Origin: Lytechinus pictus
Taxonomy: Eukaryota
DNA length: 64,000 nt
Direction: 5' to 3'
Assembly: GCF_037042905.1 (NCBI RefSeq)
Contig: NC_087245.1
Location: 22,010,001 to 22,074,000, forward strand
Position 1 is the stretch's first letter; each line of letters begins with the position of its first letter. The position numbers and the translations under genes were made by a program. Positions 49,701 through 63,912 of this stretch are shown piece after piece. Under the pieces are notes generated by a model. That model had not been told where the DNA came from, did no database searches, and saw nothing but the letters and a program-made list of their open reading frames with translations.

Positions 49701-52700
49701 TCTCACTACAACAGGCTGGGGATTGTTACGTTGAGACAAATTTTTAAAAATACTCTTTTTTGTCAAAAAATACTTTTTTTTTCCTGATAAGAATACTTTT
49801 TTTTGTTGTAGAAGGTTGGCAGGTCTGGTCATTTGTACCACATGAGCATTCCCAATTTTTCAGGGAAAAGGTATGTTAGAGTCTCTGTTTGGGGGATATC
49901 TTTTTTATCATTTTTTAAATATATTATTAAATAAGGGTAGTTTACAAATCTTCCCCCAATAATTCTGAATTTTAGGGGGTAGGTTTGTGAATTTCATGCC
50001 AAATACCTATGTGATAAGAGGTATGATTTTGATGACTTCCATTCCAAAAGCCCGTAACAGGGGCTGGGTAAATCCTAAAGTGATGTGTCTAAGAATCAGG
50101 AACAAGCATATAGGGGTGTGGTTGACGGCTTGAGCAAGGACCCAGGGGTATTCCTGTAAACTGCTTAGAGACAACGTTCTTATGTAATAAGCTCTATATA
50201 AGAGCATATAATTATTTTAGATTAAGAAATGAAAATGAATTGCCATATCTTATAGTTTGTATGTATATAATAGCAATTATCTAGTCAATTTTTCACTCGT
50301 CATTATTTTGAAAAATGACAGCACGTTGCTCAGGATTGGGGTGGAAGATGAATAACATGAAAAGGTAACAGTTGGATTGGTAGGCATATTGTTTTCCATC
50401 TATCTCCTTGGGAATGGCTAGATTCCTGGGCTTTTGATTTAAATCTTTGCCTGTCAATTGTTTGACCTTTCAGGTCGTCTGGTACGCTATGTAGACGGTG
50501 ACATGAAGTATGCTGAAGAGTTGTATCGTCAAGCTCTTGGTCTTTTGGCACGAGATGGGGACAGTCTAGACCATGCTGCCATCTTGTCTGTCCTTGGCTT
50601 TTATTTCTTCGACAGTGCCAGACCAAAGTTAGCAATCAGGTATTGGATCATAAAATTATTTTTTACTGAAAGTGAAAGCTTGATGTCACTGCATGTAGGG
50701 GAGGAACTGAGCTATTTCTAATGATACTGATTTATTGTGAATAGAAATATTCTCTGAATTATTTCTTAGCCACTTATAAACCTAGTATCATATTTAATGA
50801 TATAAAGCATGAGATTGAAATTGCATTTGGACCTAATTATTCATTAAGGTATTCCAGTGATGGGGATGACATATCAGTAGCCAAAGTTATTGGAACTAGG
50901 GTTATATGATATGTGACCAGCTACCCCAAAACCAACAATAGATCGCCCAATATTAATTTTTAGATTTTAATTGAGCTTGAAAAAGCAAATCCCAAGCTTT
51001 AGTATGATGTATAACTTGTCAAAATCGATCAACAATATTTTTCACCAGTGCCTGTTTGAATGCAGAAGAATTTCATCAAGAGCTTCAAAAAATAAGGAGA
51101 AAACAAGGTTTGAAGTTTTGGATTCACTCAAGCATGAGATGTACACATTGTGCATTCTTTGGGAAACTTCCAAGCAGTACCCGCAAAAATGGTGTAAAAA
51201 AAAATCTGTATCTTGTCTTTTATTCAACTTTACAACTTCAAATTTTGAAGTATGAAGAAGAAGAATTACTCTTTCAGATAAGCTGATTTTTAAAACGACT
51301 ATTTTGGCTGTTTAAAGAGAATGGTGACATTTTTTTTTTTTTTGGGGGGGGGGGCTGGTTACATATACCACATATTTTGGTAATCTATCAATTATCTTTA
51401 ACTGTAATCTGTAATGTCATGGAAAGGAAACACCAATATTCAATATTCAGGTAACCATTGGAAAGTTGGATTAGGGTCAGTATGGTTCTTTTTAAGGGTA
51501 ATACATTTGATGTGATCCCCAAAAGAAGAACCATTCAATATTTTTATTATGATCCAAATCTGGGGAGTGTTTCATGAATATTTATGTCCGACAAGCTCTG
51601 ACAACTTTCCTTGATTATGATTGGCTGAGAGGCACTGTTACCATAGTAACTGTTGGATAAAACAGATAAAACGTCTGACAAGTCCTTTCAAGAAACGCTC
51701 CCCAGACATCTAAAGCAAAATTGTGAAAAATTTAGATATTTTACCCTTTAAGAATGTCATTCTATTTTGTCATGTTGAGCAGGCTGAGCCTTTGACGTTT
51801 ATCATTGTGACGTACGGTACTTGAAATGACGCGTCCCTGGCCTAGTATCCAGCGCTGCCTCATCTTGATTACCGTTATGACGCACACTGTTGCTGCGCGG
51901 ATCAATGATGCGTATCTCTTTCTGTGCATCCTCAGAAGCTTGGATGCGAGACCGTGGAAAATACAAAGGTATATATTGTATCGTCTCTGCATGCAAAGTC
52001 AGTACGCGCAAAGAGACCGAGGAAAACACAAATTAAATACCTATCCCTTCCTGATATTCATGAAATCTAGGGCAATACAGTTTTGTAAATTACCAGCTAA
52101 GATGTCTGATATGAGTAGGTAATCATAGCAAAATATTGTATTTCCCTTAACTTTACAACATTAAGAAGCTTTATAACATTATCATTTAGTATGAACTAAT
52201 AATGTGTTCATTTAAGTGTCAAGGTCATGATATTTTGATATCATTGTATTATACTGTACATCCCTAATACTTACAATTGTTTATTTTGGTTTCAGCTATC
52301 AGGAAGAAACACTAGAGATGATAGAAAGGTTGGAAAGGAACTTGGGGGATGACGATCATGATGAAAGGGATTCTGGGAGGGAAGTTCTTTCTCCCAGAAT
52401 GCAACTGTGGAGACTCAAGGAGCAGACATTGGTTGAAATGGCCTGTACTCATGCGAGACTGGCTGGTAAGTATATAAGCTTAGGTGCCTTCATAAAAGTC
52501 ACTGATGCTTTTAGCAGAAAGAATGCTCTATAGTCGCAAAGATGTGTTTACAGCAGATTTCCGGAATTCCATTTGTTTTGGGAAGCCAAAAATGTCGAAA
52601 ATTTGTTTACATTGCATGTTTCTTATGTTTTTATTGTGATCTTCCCTAATTTTTCAATGGTGAAGAAAATTATGTTATTGATATTTCCCAGACAGTTAAG

Positions 52701-54615
52701 AATGAATTGAGAGTCAAATTAGCTGATACATTGAACTTCTGTTGTTAGATATTTATGTCACAGTTGGCTTCCATAGTTAAACCACAACTTTAACCCAGAG
52801 TTTTAATCAAATCCGACTTCAGAATACAGGCCTTTAGGGCTCAAAGGCATCTTGTCAAAAGTCAGAGTCACTTCTTTCCTGTAGGAATCCTACAAGCGGC
52901 TTCTATTCTAATCCTCTCATTCATCGTAGATGAAGTAATGGGCAAAGCAGGAAAGCTTGAATGAAAAGACGCAGAGAACTCTCAAAGCGGGATTCCTGCC
53001 AAAAGACCCATTTTTTACTAGTAGCCCAAGTTAAACTGAACTTAGAAATATGGACAACTGTGTCAATGTGCTTGCAGATTATTATCATCATCACCTTAAT
53101 GGATTCATTCTAAGCAGTATTCCCGCCAAAAGACCCATTTTTTACTGGTAGCCTAAGTTAAAACGAACTTAGAAATACGGACCAATGTGTCAATGTGCTT
53201 ACATATTATTATCATGACCTTAATGGATTCATTCCAGGGAATAGCATCAAAGGCATTTCCTGTCACGAGCAAAGCATTGAAATCCAGAAACGATTGTGGA
53301 AGGATCATCTGAATATAGGCGAGAACTACTACTGCATGGCCATGGTCTACCACAACATGGGATATAAGGAACACGCTGTGAGATATGTCTTACAAGCTCT
53401 AGAGATCATTGAAAGGTATTACTATTGATTTAAAAGAAATAATTGAGAAGTTATGACCAACACTATTTATCTCACAATTTTACAATACTTCAAAGTGAAT
53501 TATGAAAAGGTAATTTGTTGTTGGTTGTCTCCTTCAATTTAAGCAAAAACTATATAATCTACGTCATCTTACAAACGAGAGATCTGAATAAATTTGAATA
53601 AAAGGTTAATATTTAAAGAATTAAAAAAAAAAATGGAGGAAGCATACCTAAAGGGAAGCATTTATGAAGAACTTGAAGCCTTCCAGAATAACACAAAAGA
53701 ACCAGATATTACTTCAGAACACTGTGGCGATGTAAGAACCAAGTTCAACATGCATCCAGCTTGTGAATCACTGCTTCTATAGTAATACTGGTGAATTGAA
53801 CTAGATTATTGGTTGTAAAGAATAGAAATAGAACAGAATAATCTTTTGATATTGAAGGAGAATAAAATTAATCAATTGTACAAATACATGTACCTTTAAA
53901 TCCTCAAATAGTTTTTTCTAATGTTAGGTTGTGCACCCAGCCCAGTGGCACCCTTCTAGTTTGCTACATACACGTTGCTGCAGTCCTCTGTGGATGTGAA
54001 GATGACTTTGCAGGTGCTATGCGCTACATCAAGAAGGCACATCGAGTCCAAAGTCACCTCAAGACAAAGAATATCCTCGTTTTCTGTCTCCATTACATCG
54101 AGGCCAAGATAGTTGCCCGGTCAGGCAACCTCACCAGAGCGCGTCAGATGTTCAAGGAGGGTTTCGGTCTGGCCATGCCGATTCTGGGAGAGCATCTCAA
54201 TACAGCACGGACTCTGCAGTCCGAAGGCTGGGCGGCACTGCGGCTCGGCGATTGCGACGATGCCTTGGAAACCCTTCAGCACTGTCTGGAGATGCGACAG
54301 AAGGCCTTGAAGAATATGAAGTGGAACGTGGAGACAGCAGAGACATTTGAAACCATGGGCGATGCTTGTGCTGCCCAATATCAACAACAGAGGGCGCTAG
54401 ATTATTACGAACATTGCTACCATGCACTGGCTGACCCTATTAGGTGCTACACTAAAATGAGGTCTCCAGCAGCGGAGAAAGTTAAAGATCTCAGAAGTAT
54501 CATCTCCCGAAAGATGGGAATCGTTTCTCGGAACCAAAAGGAATGGGATCATGAAGAGAGGGCGCTGATGACAACAACAGTCATCTACGACTACAACTAC
54601 TGGCCTATGATTTAG
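46734..54615 (+). CDS. NB-ARC/STAND (AP-ATPase) P-loop NTPase with C-terminal TPR repeats, 8 coding exons, 906 aa
   Basis: Exons 46734-47279, 47695-48163, 48453-48775, 49145-49325, 50474-50639, 52296-52465, 53238-53415, 53928-54615. All GT-AG, phases consistent, 2721 nt. Motifs: FIGR, Walker A GGPLVGKT, Walker B LFILDGAE, sensor-1 IMITSQ, GxP LCGGIPFAL, a winged-helix region (LHTRSLI), then TPR-like repeats (AEELYRQAL; HLNTARTLQSEG...ALETLQHCLEMRQK). Confidence 0.9.
49414..49827. mobile_element. hAT-like MITE in STAND-TPR intron 4
   Basis: TIRs CAGACATACCAACC / GGTTGGCAGGTCTG, with flanks GTCATG / GTCATT. Confidence 0.65.
51560..51705. mobile_element. MITE (CWG flanks)
   Basis: ctggggagtgtttcatgaa ... 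ttcaagaaacgctccccag. Confidence 0.65.
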
Positions 54616-56629
54616 GTCTGAAAATATGACAAGCAAAAGAGTTTCATGAATTTGCATATAACTTTTCGTTTTAATAGTCAATTACTTGTGATTATGTATG
54701 CAGTTTTCATTAATTTTTTATGAACATTTGTTTCATTGTAGAGCACTGTGATACAACCAATGTGAAGAGTGCTATATAAATACTAATATTGTATTGTATT
54801 GTGGTATATTGTTAATTCTGTCTCAAAATTTCACATAGGTGACCCTTGATTTCACTTGTTTTAATTTGCTTTGAACATGAGTTGGTTTAGTTTGGTTTTA
54901 ATTTTCCATTTCTCAGAAAAAAGTGCTTCATCGTACTGTAGCCATTAACATTTTTAATTTAGTTTGTTTTTATTTTGTTTTCTTGTTAAAATAATCAAAG
55001 AAAAAAAAAATCAAAACAGCAATTGAGAGTGCCCTATCTCAAGCCTAAAGCATGAAATGGACAAGGTGTCAAAATGAAGAAAAAAACCGAAAGAACACAA
55101 AAGTGGTTCAATAACAGAGACTCATCTTTTATTTTAAAATATGAATAAATAAGAGAGAAACAAAAACAATAGTCATAAAGAAAAAGGTGATACAAAAAAG
55201 AGAAGAGAGAAAGTGTCTGTTACTTGTGACAAAAGGCTGAAAATCTCTATGAAATGTTATCCATTTTAGATGACTGATTTGTATGGCAAGATATATATTT
55301 CACAATTTGTGATAATGTACACAAAATACTATTTATCTAAGGATCCAGTATCAAATTTTAAGTTAGTTCTATACCAAAAAGGTAGAATAATAATAACACT
55401 ATATACAACTCAAATAATGTCTGCTGTGCAATATACAATAGCTGTCAATTTTCATAAGCATTGAAGAAGATATCCCACCCCTCCCATTTTATAATCAAGT
55501 ATTAAAGCCTTTTTTTTTCATCAATTATTTATTCTGATCAACTATGGTCATCAATTTGAATGCTGAAGTTTTTTGTTTGTAAATGCAGAGTGTAGCAATG
55601 TATTTTTATCTATTTTATCTGTAAATATAAGGTATCATAAAGGTGGTTAAACAGAAGTAACTCATGAATAGATTTTTATTTTCCTTTAGAAAATTACTTT
55701 TTTCTGAAATAGTATAGTCTCTTAGAAGAGATTGGCGTGACTGTAAACGACTTGAGGTTCATGAGATTCAGATAAAGTGAATTACAATTTAATGTTAAGT
55801 ACAATTGTGCAAGAAAAGGATTTACTAGTCACAAGAGTGTGTGGAAGGTAGACTCCATGAATTGATTATTGCCACAGGCAAGATTCTGTCATTTCTCATG
55901 GTAATAGTTCCTTGAACTGGCTTTATACTACACAGTTAAATATTGAAACACTTCTCAACAATGTTTGATTTCATAAGTTTATGAAAATTGTCTTTATAAA
56001 TTCACATTGTAGATTGTAGTATCAAAAGGTATACAAGGTGGAAAGGTATTATCAGCTTACATTTTTAACATTCCAGTATTAAATGTATATTCACATTTCT
56101 ACTTTAAAGCTCTCTGGTTTAAAATGTTGACTACCAGGCAGTATGTTTTTATTTTTGTATGATATATTTTAGAATATAAAATTATTTATTGACGGTCATA
56201 CATGTAGTTGTGTATTTTTCAAAGGATGTTAATGTGCTTTCCTCTATTTATAATCGGTGTGTGTACAATAACTTTGCTGCATATGAATTTCTTGGGACCA
56301 CAGGAATATATTAAACTAGAAGAAATGTTATTTATTCGAGGTAAATAACATATTTTGTACAATAGGCTTGTGAAAGATAAATTTATGCTGTAATTGATTA
56401 AGGTGCATTCTAGTCTATCACTGATAGGCTTTCTTAATTGCAGAGAATCAATTATGACTTAAATTTGTGTATATTTATCGGGTGTCAATATTTTATCTGC
56501 TTCTTGCCTTTTTAATAATTATTTTCAATATATATATCTCTTTGTGCTTTCTTCAAATGACTTCATGTAGTATTTACGTAAATATTTTCCTAAATCAATT
56601 CCAAATCACTATACATGTATGTATGGAGA

Positions 56630-56965
56630 AAGTAATTCTATACAAATCATACAAAGATTCTTGTCATTTTATTGGTTGAAAGTTATACAATATTTGATCC
56701 ATTTTGTGCTGCATGCAAATTTTATTTTCCATTGCATGGCGACCATGCATTTTTTATTTTTCCATTGCACGGTCGAGCTCTCTCCCTCAGTGTGTACCAC
56801 TGAGCATGTGTGTGTACATACATTTTGTATGTGTGTGTGTGTTTGCACGCGTTGAAGTAAGCGCATCATCAAAGCTGACTGTGAACACTCAGATTCATTA
56901 ATCAAATTGCATCACAAAAGGAATGAAAACAATTTCCTGCTTTCATACACAGGGAAAAATAATCA
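56630..56965 (+). repeat. Interspersed repeat, copy 1 (copy 2 at ~61500-61855)
   Basis: Shared blocks atacaaagattcttg..ttggttgaaag..., gcaaattttattttccattgca, cagtgtgtaccact.agcatg and cactcagattcat.aatcaaa.tgcatcacaaaag. Confidence 0.8.
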
Positions 56966-58724
56966 TGTTTTCAGAGAAAATGAATTGTTGGAGATAGGAA
57001 AATATATTTTAATTTCATCTGCTTTTGAATTACGTGATCTAGAAGAGTCATTGTATAAACGAAATGATGTACGTCTTCATTCGTCCATTATGCGACCTAT
57101 CCACTCTCATTGAGGCTGTGTCGACTGCATTGCACGAAGCTGTTTGGCTGAGTGCAATGGATTGAACAGAGCCTCAACTCAAACGAGGATAGATCACATA
57201 ATGAATTCATGCATCATTTGTATAGTTTATAGTGTACTGAATAGTCTACTTGTAGCCCTTTTATCTATGCAATTATGTTTAATTTTCAAAATAATTTTAT
57301 ACATGAACTTTTTAAATTTGTAACTTCAACTTTGCTAGTCAAAATAATAAATCACAATATTACACTGTATACCGGTACATTGATAATCTGTGCTCATGTA
57401 TTCTTTTACAGTTTACAATATCACCCCCCTCCCCCCCCCCCACCATTCTCAGCACTCCCATTATCCATCACACTAAAGTAAAATAACACATTCAGCGGAA
57501 TATTTTTGTTCTTTCTCTTTATTACTCATATGTACAAAAGATACATAACTTTAATTAAATGTATTTTCTCATAATGATTCAAATCGAGCATAGTGATAGT
57601 TTGTAATGTGCTTCATGCAATATTCAGTCTGGTCTTGATGCACTCTTATCAGAATGAGAGGACAATCATTAAAACCATTCCATTTTCATTCATAACCAAA
57701 CAGGATATTGCAAAAGAAAATAGATTGGTTGGTATTCTCATAACATTGCTCTAAGTCTGACCACACCTTCATTGAGTGGTTGTTGCCAACTCATTATACA
57801 AGGTAAACACTTTGATCCTCCAGAGTAATACTACAACAAAAGAAAATTTAAATGTGAAGAAAAAGATGATCTGAGTACTAAATCAAGCTAAGTCAATCAT
57901 TATGTGGTACTTACTTGTAATATTTGTCATTAAATTTGAGTTAAGAAGAGACTGCACATTCCAATAATAAGTGTAGTCCAATAATTTTGTTTTCTCTGGA
58001 CTTTAACTGAAGCTAACATCTAGAATACTATCAATTGGGCTAACTGCATAATAAGCAGCAATTGCTTTTCTAGGCCACCCCCCCCCCTGTTGCTTGAATC
58101 ATGATGCATATTAAAAAGCAGTTGCTTGTCAGTTGCATTTTATCATGTTCACATCGGGGTGACTGCTATTGTCAAAACCATAAGCAAAAACTAACTTCAG
58201 AGCAAAGGTAAAAGTGAAGTAAATGCTTTTGTTAATGATAATTAGGATAATAAGCACAAATTTGTGTGCATGGTTTTTACACAAAATGTATTCAATTGCA
58301 GAGTATATTAGCTCTATTCATTACCATGAAACGGTTGTATTTTGGATTTGAAGATTTTAGTAACAAAGGGCATATATCGAATTGCAAGCTATTACATACT
58401 TTGGGGCTGCAAGGGCAAGGATAATTATGTAAGCATTTGCTTGTGCTTGGGCATTTGCTTTTGGTTTTAACAATACAAATCGAGATGAAGTGAACAAAAT
58501 TAGTCTGGTTCCAGTTTCCATATACATGCCACAAGCATTCTTTTGCAGAATAAAACTGCCTTCTTGATGGAAACGTGTGAACTAATTTTTCTGGCTAGAA
58601 TTCTCAAAGTTCAGGCTCCCATTTCCAATGCTTATCACAATTTCATGTATTTGTGGCTCACAACAGATGGACTGGTGTTTATATCATCTACGTAACTCTA
58701 CATCTACTCTAGGAACCCCCATCA

Positions 58725-61700
58725 TCATCTGTCCTCTGCAGTGCCATCTCCCGAGTCCCCTCCCTGCTTCACCAGCTGATCAAGATTCATGGTCAGCCTC
58801 TGTTGATTGGCCTGGAGGAGGGAGTATGTTTGACTCAGGGAAGAAGTGAGAAGACCAGCAAACTGCCCCTGTAGGATCTCTAGGGAAGGTAACTTGGAGT
58901 AGTCTTCCATGCCTTTAGGTGACATCAGTTGGTCCCCTATTCTACCACCTGTACCATAGCAAGAAAATGAAATGAAAATAAAGAGGAAGAAACTATTTGA
59001 AACATGAACAGGTACGAGTATTCTAGAAAGGATAGACATTTCACAATACAGACTTCATAGCTGTTTGATGAATGGGGATGCAGATGAAAAGAATTAATTC
59101 TAGTTTTGAAGACCTAATATGATATTAATGAGTGAAACAATTAAGATGTCAGAAAAAAATCCAACTTGATAGTGGTATAAAACCAATTTAAAGGCATGGA
59201 ATTAGATGAACATTTCACAATATACCAGAGAAATCATATCAATGAGAGAGGACATTCAATGTCTATTCTGGTTGATGGAAATGAGCCAATGTTGGTGACA
59301 ACAGTCTACCTTGTAGCAGGGGGAAAGTAAAGAATTATAGGAACAAATGTAAACAAGCGATCCTACACTAACCTAGAAGATGAAGCTTTGGTATTCTCCT
59401 GGTAGCTTTGAGTAGTTCTTTCACAGGAAGTTCCTCACTTACAGCAATGATAGAGGGGCCTACAAAGAGAGGTCTCATATTCTCCAGATCAGTGCCACTG
59501 ATTGCTTCTTGTACTATACTGTTACCATACACCTGCATAACAAAAATAAAAACAATCTTCAGTAATTCTGATGTCTTAAATGGTGCAGAAGCCCTCCCGT
59601 TCCCCATAAATGGACCCTTTTGAGTCAATTTCAAACAAATTTAACAAATGTATTGCTTCTAACATTTCAATGAAATGTCAGATAGTTTGATGATATATGC
59701 CATTCAAATAAAACAGAGAATCTAAAATTATTATACTTTTTATATCAACTTGAAATGGAGAATTTCATTCTGATATTACATGTATATGTGTGCACTGTAT
59801 TACAGTTGGAATACTTTTATCATATTGCAAGCTACTGCATTATTTGAGGGGTTTATAAATTAATACAATTTTTATAAATTTAGGAACCTGCAAAACCATT
59901 TTGGAGACAAATACACATGTATTTGTTTTTTAGCACTAAAATAAAAAGATCTCAGTTGACTTTTCACCTGATGAATAAAAACAACATACCTTTACTAAAA
60001 TGTTATTCTTTCGCAATCTTCGTTTGATGTCATTCTGTTCTCCAACTGATAATCCCTCAGAGTGAAAGACTGCAATTAGCTTACTGGAAGCAAAGACCTG
60101 TCGACAAAGTCTAGCATAGAACTCCCGAACAAGATGGGGCTGGTAAAATGATGAAAATGAACGAGAACAGTTTAAAAAACTTCAGATAACCTAAAGGTGA
60201 GCAATAGTAAAAAATACATCTTAACTATGCTCTTGTGATATATTTTCCATACTAGATTTCGATACCCTCTGTGTAAATTTAGGGATTTTGATGCATCATT
60301 CTGAATATTATATAAATCAAACAAAATTGTTTCTATTATCAAAATACATATATATTTTATTTTCCATGAAGCATGCCATATCACCAACACTTAATGACAT
60401 AAATATGTTTTTCATAATAATCATAATAATTTTATAAAGTGCTCCATACACTGAAATGAAGTCTCAAGGCACTTTACAGAATACATCTACATGCATATCA
60501 AGAATGATTTAGGTTTCTTTTACAAGGCTTTTTGGTCTTAACATCTCTTATGAAAATGTCTTTTCTATGCAGGAGAAAAAATAACAACTTAAAAAAGAAT
60601 AATAGACTGTTAATTTGACACCTAAAAACAAAACTTATCTTAATGTGTGATCTGTATCAGAGCTCCAGTATCTTTTCTTTGTAACAATTAATAGTATTCA
60701 GTAATTATGTTTGCATCAATATGATTTCAACCTTTTTGTTCCTTCTCTTTTTTCTTTCCTGTATATATACGCATATATGAATAAGTCGACTATATTTTCT
60801 TCATTTCAAAGGGGATCCACACTTTACAAGCTTTGCTTTTTAGTGGACCCCCCTGATTTCCATTTATGCTCAAAATTTACTGTTTTTGTTTTACTACCTT
60901 ATCTTGTTCTGGTTCCCTGATACTCTTCCTCATGCTGCACTGCTCAGCAAGAGACCTTGGGTCTGGCCTTTCCTTGCGTTCTGTCAGTGCCATTAGCTTG
61001 GCCCGCATGATGTGCATAGGCTTTTTCTTCCTTGTGTTGACAGACTTCATTGTCCGCACGCACATACAAGATGGGGTCCATTTGCAAGCTGGAAAGGATT
61101 ACAAATATACTAGTGGATAACAAAAAAGAAATCTGCTATTATTGCTTAAAATTTATTATTTATCTATTATAATCTATAGGACCCTGATGTTTTTAGTATC
61201 CCTTAATAAAACTTTTAAGGTTTAGTATTTGGAAAGTTCAGACTCAAAAGCAGTGTCATGTACATAGAGGAAATTTATGTTGGTCACACATCTTAACAAT
61301 CTATTCATTTATTGTATTTCGGTATTAAAGCACATTTAGCAGCTTTACGGCTGAATAAAGTGCAATTACATTTAATCATGACTAAAACAAAAGTACACAA
61401 TATATAACATTTAAGAACATCTAGAATTTATTCAATGAATACTTGCAATAGTCTCAAGAAATTGAATTTGATGAAAAAGGACTTTTGCAATATGATTTAT
61501 ACTCGTACAACTTATACAAAGATTCTTGCAATTTGATTGGTTGAAAGCCATTCAATATTTAATATTTTCTGCTGCACGCAAATTTTATTTTCCATTGCAC
61601 TGTGCAATGGAAAATAAAATTTTATTTCATTGCACTGTGCAATGGAAAATAACATTTGCGTGCAGCAAATTTGCATGTGTCCATGCATTTTCTATTTTTC

Positions 61701-63909
61701 CATTGCACGATTGAGCTCTCTTCAGTGTGTACCACTAAGCATGAGTGTGTACACCGCTGAACTAAGGGCATTTGTATGCACTCAGATTCATGAATCAAAG
61801 TGCATCACAAAAGAACGAAAACTATCAACTGATTTCAAACATGGGGAAAAATGAATCTGTATGCTTTGTATGGGATAGTATTAAAAGGAAAGAGTAATTA
61901 GTGGTTTGGGGTATTTGAAGGAGGTGATGGACTGCACCTGGAGGACAAAAGATGGATTACTGACGTGAAAAGCAGATACTGCATTATAATAGAACCTTTT
62001 CTGGGCAGGATCCTGGTGTATCATTTAATGACAGGATGTGACTATTGTGCTTGAGCAAAAACTACTACTCAACCACAACCAAAACACAACTACTTCATGC
62101 TAAATCAACCATCATTCTCCCACTTAACCCACATGTATACACTACCATTCTATATAGGACAACTGGATCACAACAACAAAAGCATGAAAGTTTTTTTAAC
62201 ATCAAAACCACTACTTTATCCTCATTTTACCACAAATCCCACTGATTTTTCTTTGCCAAATGAACACTAAACAACAATGGATAGGGCCATAGGGGTACAA
62301 TGAATGAGAAAAATACAGAAAGCAATGCAGGAATTGAGATATTTAGTCGTTTGATTAATCAATCCGTTGGAATGAAACAAAAAATTAGGCTATATGTACA
62401 TGTACAGTATGTACTGATGTTGTGAATTTTATAAAGTTCTGTTTGAGAACAGCTTTATTGTTCTAGGATTCATCTTTTTGTTCATTGTTGTTTTAATAAT
62501 GAACACATTGACCCTCATATTTTGAATAACTGACTAAAGGAAATTATGAGGACTTAGTTTTTTTTATTTTCATTTCTGCAGTTGAAATGATGTCCATGCC
62601 ATTTTCACCAATCGCTATAAATTGTGTTACATTCGAGCATAAAGACTTTTGTCTAAGAGGGCCATATGTACATAAATGGCACTATTTTAAAAAATATACT
62701 ATTAACATGGAGTATGGTCAAGACATATGTTTAGCCTAATTATCATATACGATGTACCTCATGATACAAGTTTATTTTAAATCCCCATGCTCAAAATCTG
62801 TTTAAGTTTTAAACATTTAATTCCAATTTTATTTGAAATGTACATACCAAAGTTGGAGATGGAAAAAGTATAAAAAGAAAAAAAAAGGATTTAAAAATCT
62901 TGAAAGAGGAAGTTGTTGTAAAAATTCCAGAAAAAAAATATTAAAAAGTATTGGTGAAAGGTTGAGGAAACTCCATCAAAGATTAAGAACATCATTAGAA
63001 TTTGAAGTCTTTGATTTGTGAGTAGCTGCCCTATATTTGATTCCTATGCCTAAATTTCAATTTTTTAATGGTTCATGATGACAAAAATATATCTTTTTTT
63101 CAGGATTCAGGTGTAAAATAATTTGTCTATTGGTATATATACTGAAGGTAGTCTAGATCTACAATAAAACCACTTATTTCATAGAATCTTGATATTTTTA
63201 TTACACAAATATGTGAAAGCTACTCACATAAGCATATGACATAACTTAGAAATAAAAAAATAAAATTCTAACTTTTTTAATCATTGGACCTTGCACAATT
63301 TTCCTCGAACCTTCAGTTCACAAATGAAGCAATTATTATTTTTATTACTTTTTCTGCTATTTTCTTAATCGTTTTATCAGGTTGAACTTCCAATTCTCTT
63401 CCGACGAAACCCATAATATAACTCATCAATGAATCATGAATCATCATCATAATCAGCATCATCACATCACATCACCATCATCATATTCCTAATCTGGTAC
63501 CAGGGGATGAAGGCAGGAGCCTCTACTCCTACAAACAGGATTAGATCTAGATCTAACAGTTTATTTACTGAATAGACCTGGTATGAGCTTGCATGATCCT
63601 GAAGAGCTGGGAATCAGAGAAGCTCAATTATGTCACTCATGGCGAGCCGAACTTGTGCTTACTCCACTGAGGATAACATCATATTGAATGTATGGGACCG
63701 AACTTTGCAATTTTACTTGGGGCTATCTCGCTTTCAATTGAAACTTTTGTGATACTTGGCACGAGCAAATGCGCCATTTTTCTACAAAGACTTTTACTTT
63801 TTCTTTATTACAGGTCTATAGTCTGACAATAAACAAGGATAAAACTAAGTGGTCGTCTCTCCATCCTACCTATCATCAATGCTGCCTGTTTCCACAGAAG
63901 AGTCGCCAT
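58725..63909 (-). CDS. MRPL10: Mitochondrial large-subunit ribosomal protein uL10m, 5 coding exons, 254 aa
   Basis: Exons (minus): 63909-63870, 61088-60898, 60139-59990, 59532-59373, 58948-58725. All GT-AG, 765 nt. Product MATLLWKQAALMIACKW...KPMHIMRAKLMALTE...RLRKNNILVKVYGN...RPLFVGP...KLHLLGGRIGDQLMS...YSKLPSLEILQGQFAGLL matches MRPL10 motifs as I recall them (MHFQRQKLMAVTE, LPLFVG, YSKLPSL). Confidence 0.95.
61500..61855 (+). repeat. Interspersed repeat, copy 2 (MRPL10 intron 1)
   Basis: Homologous to 56630-56965, with an internal palindrome aaattttattttccattgcactgtgcaatggaaaataaaattt. Confidence 0.8.
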
Positions 63910-63912
63910 CTT
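63904..63912 (-). promoter_or_regulatory. YY1-type motif AAGATGGCG overlapping the MRPL10 start codon
   Basis: The plus strand reads CGCCATCTT at 63904-63912, in a CpG-richer start region. Confidence 0.45.
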
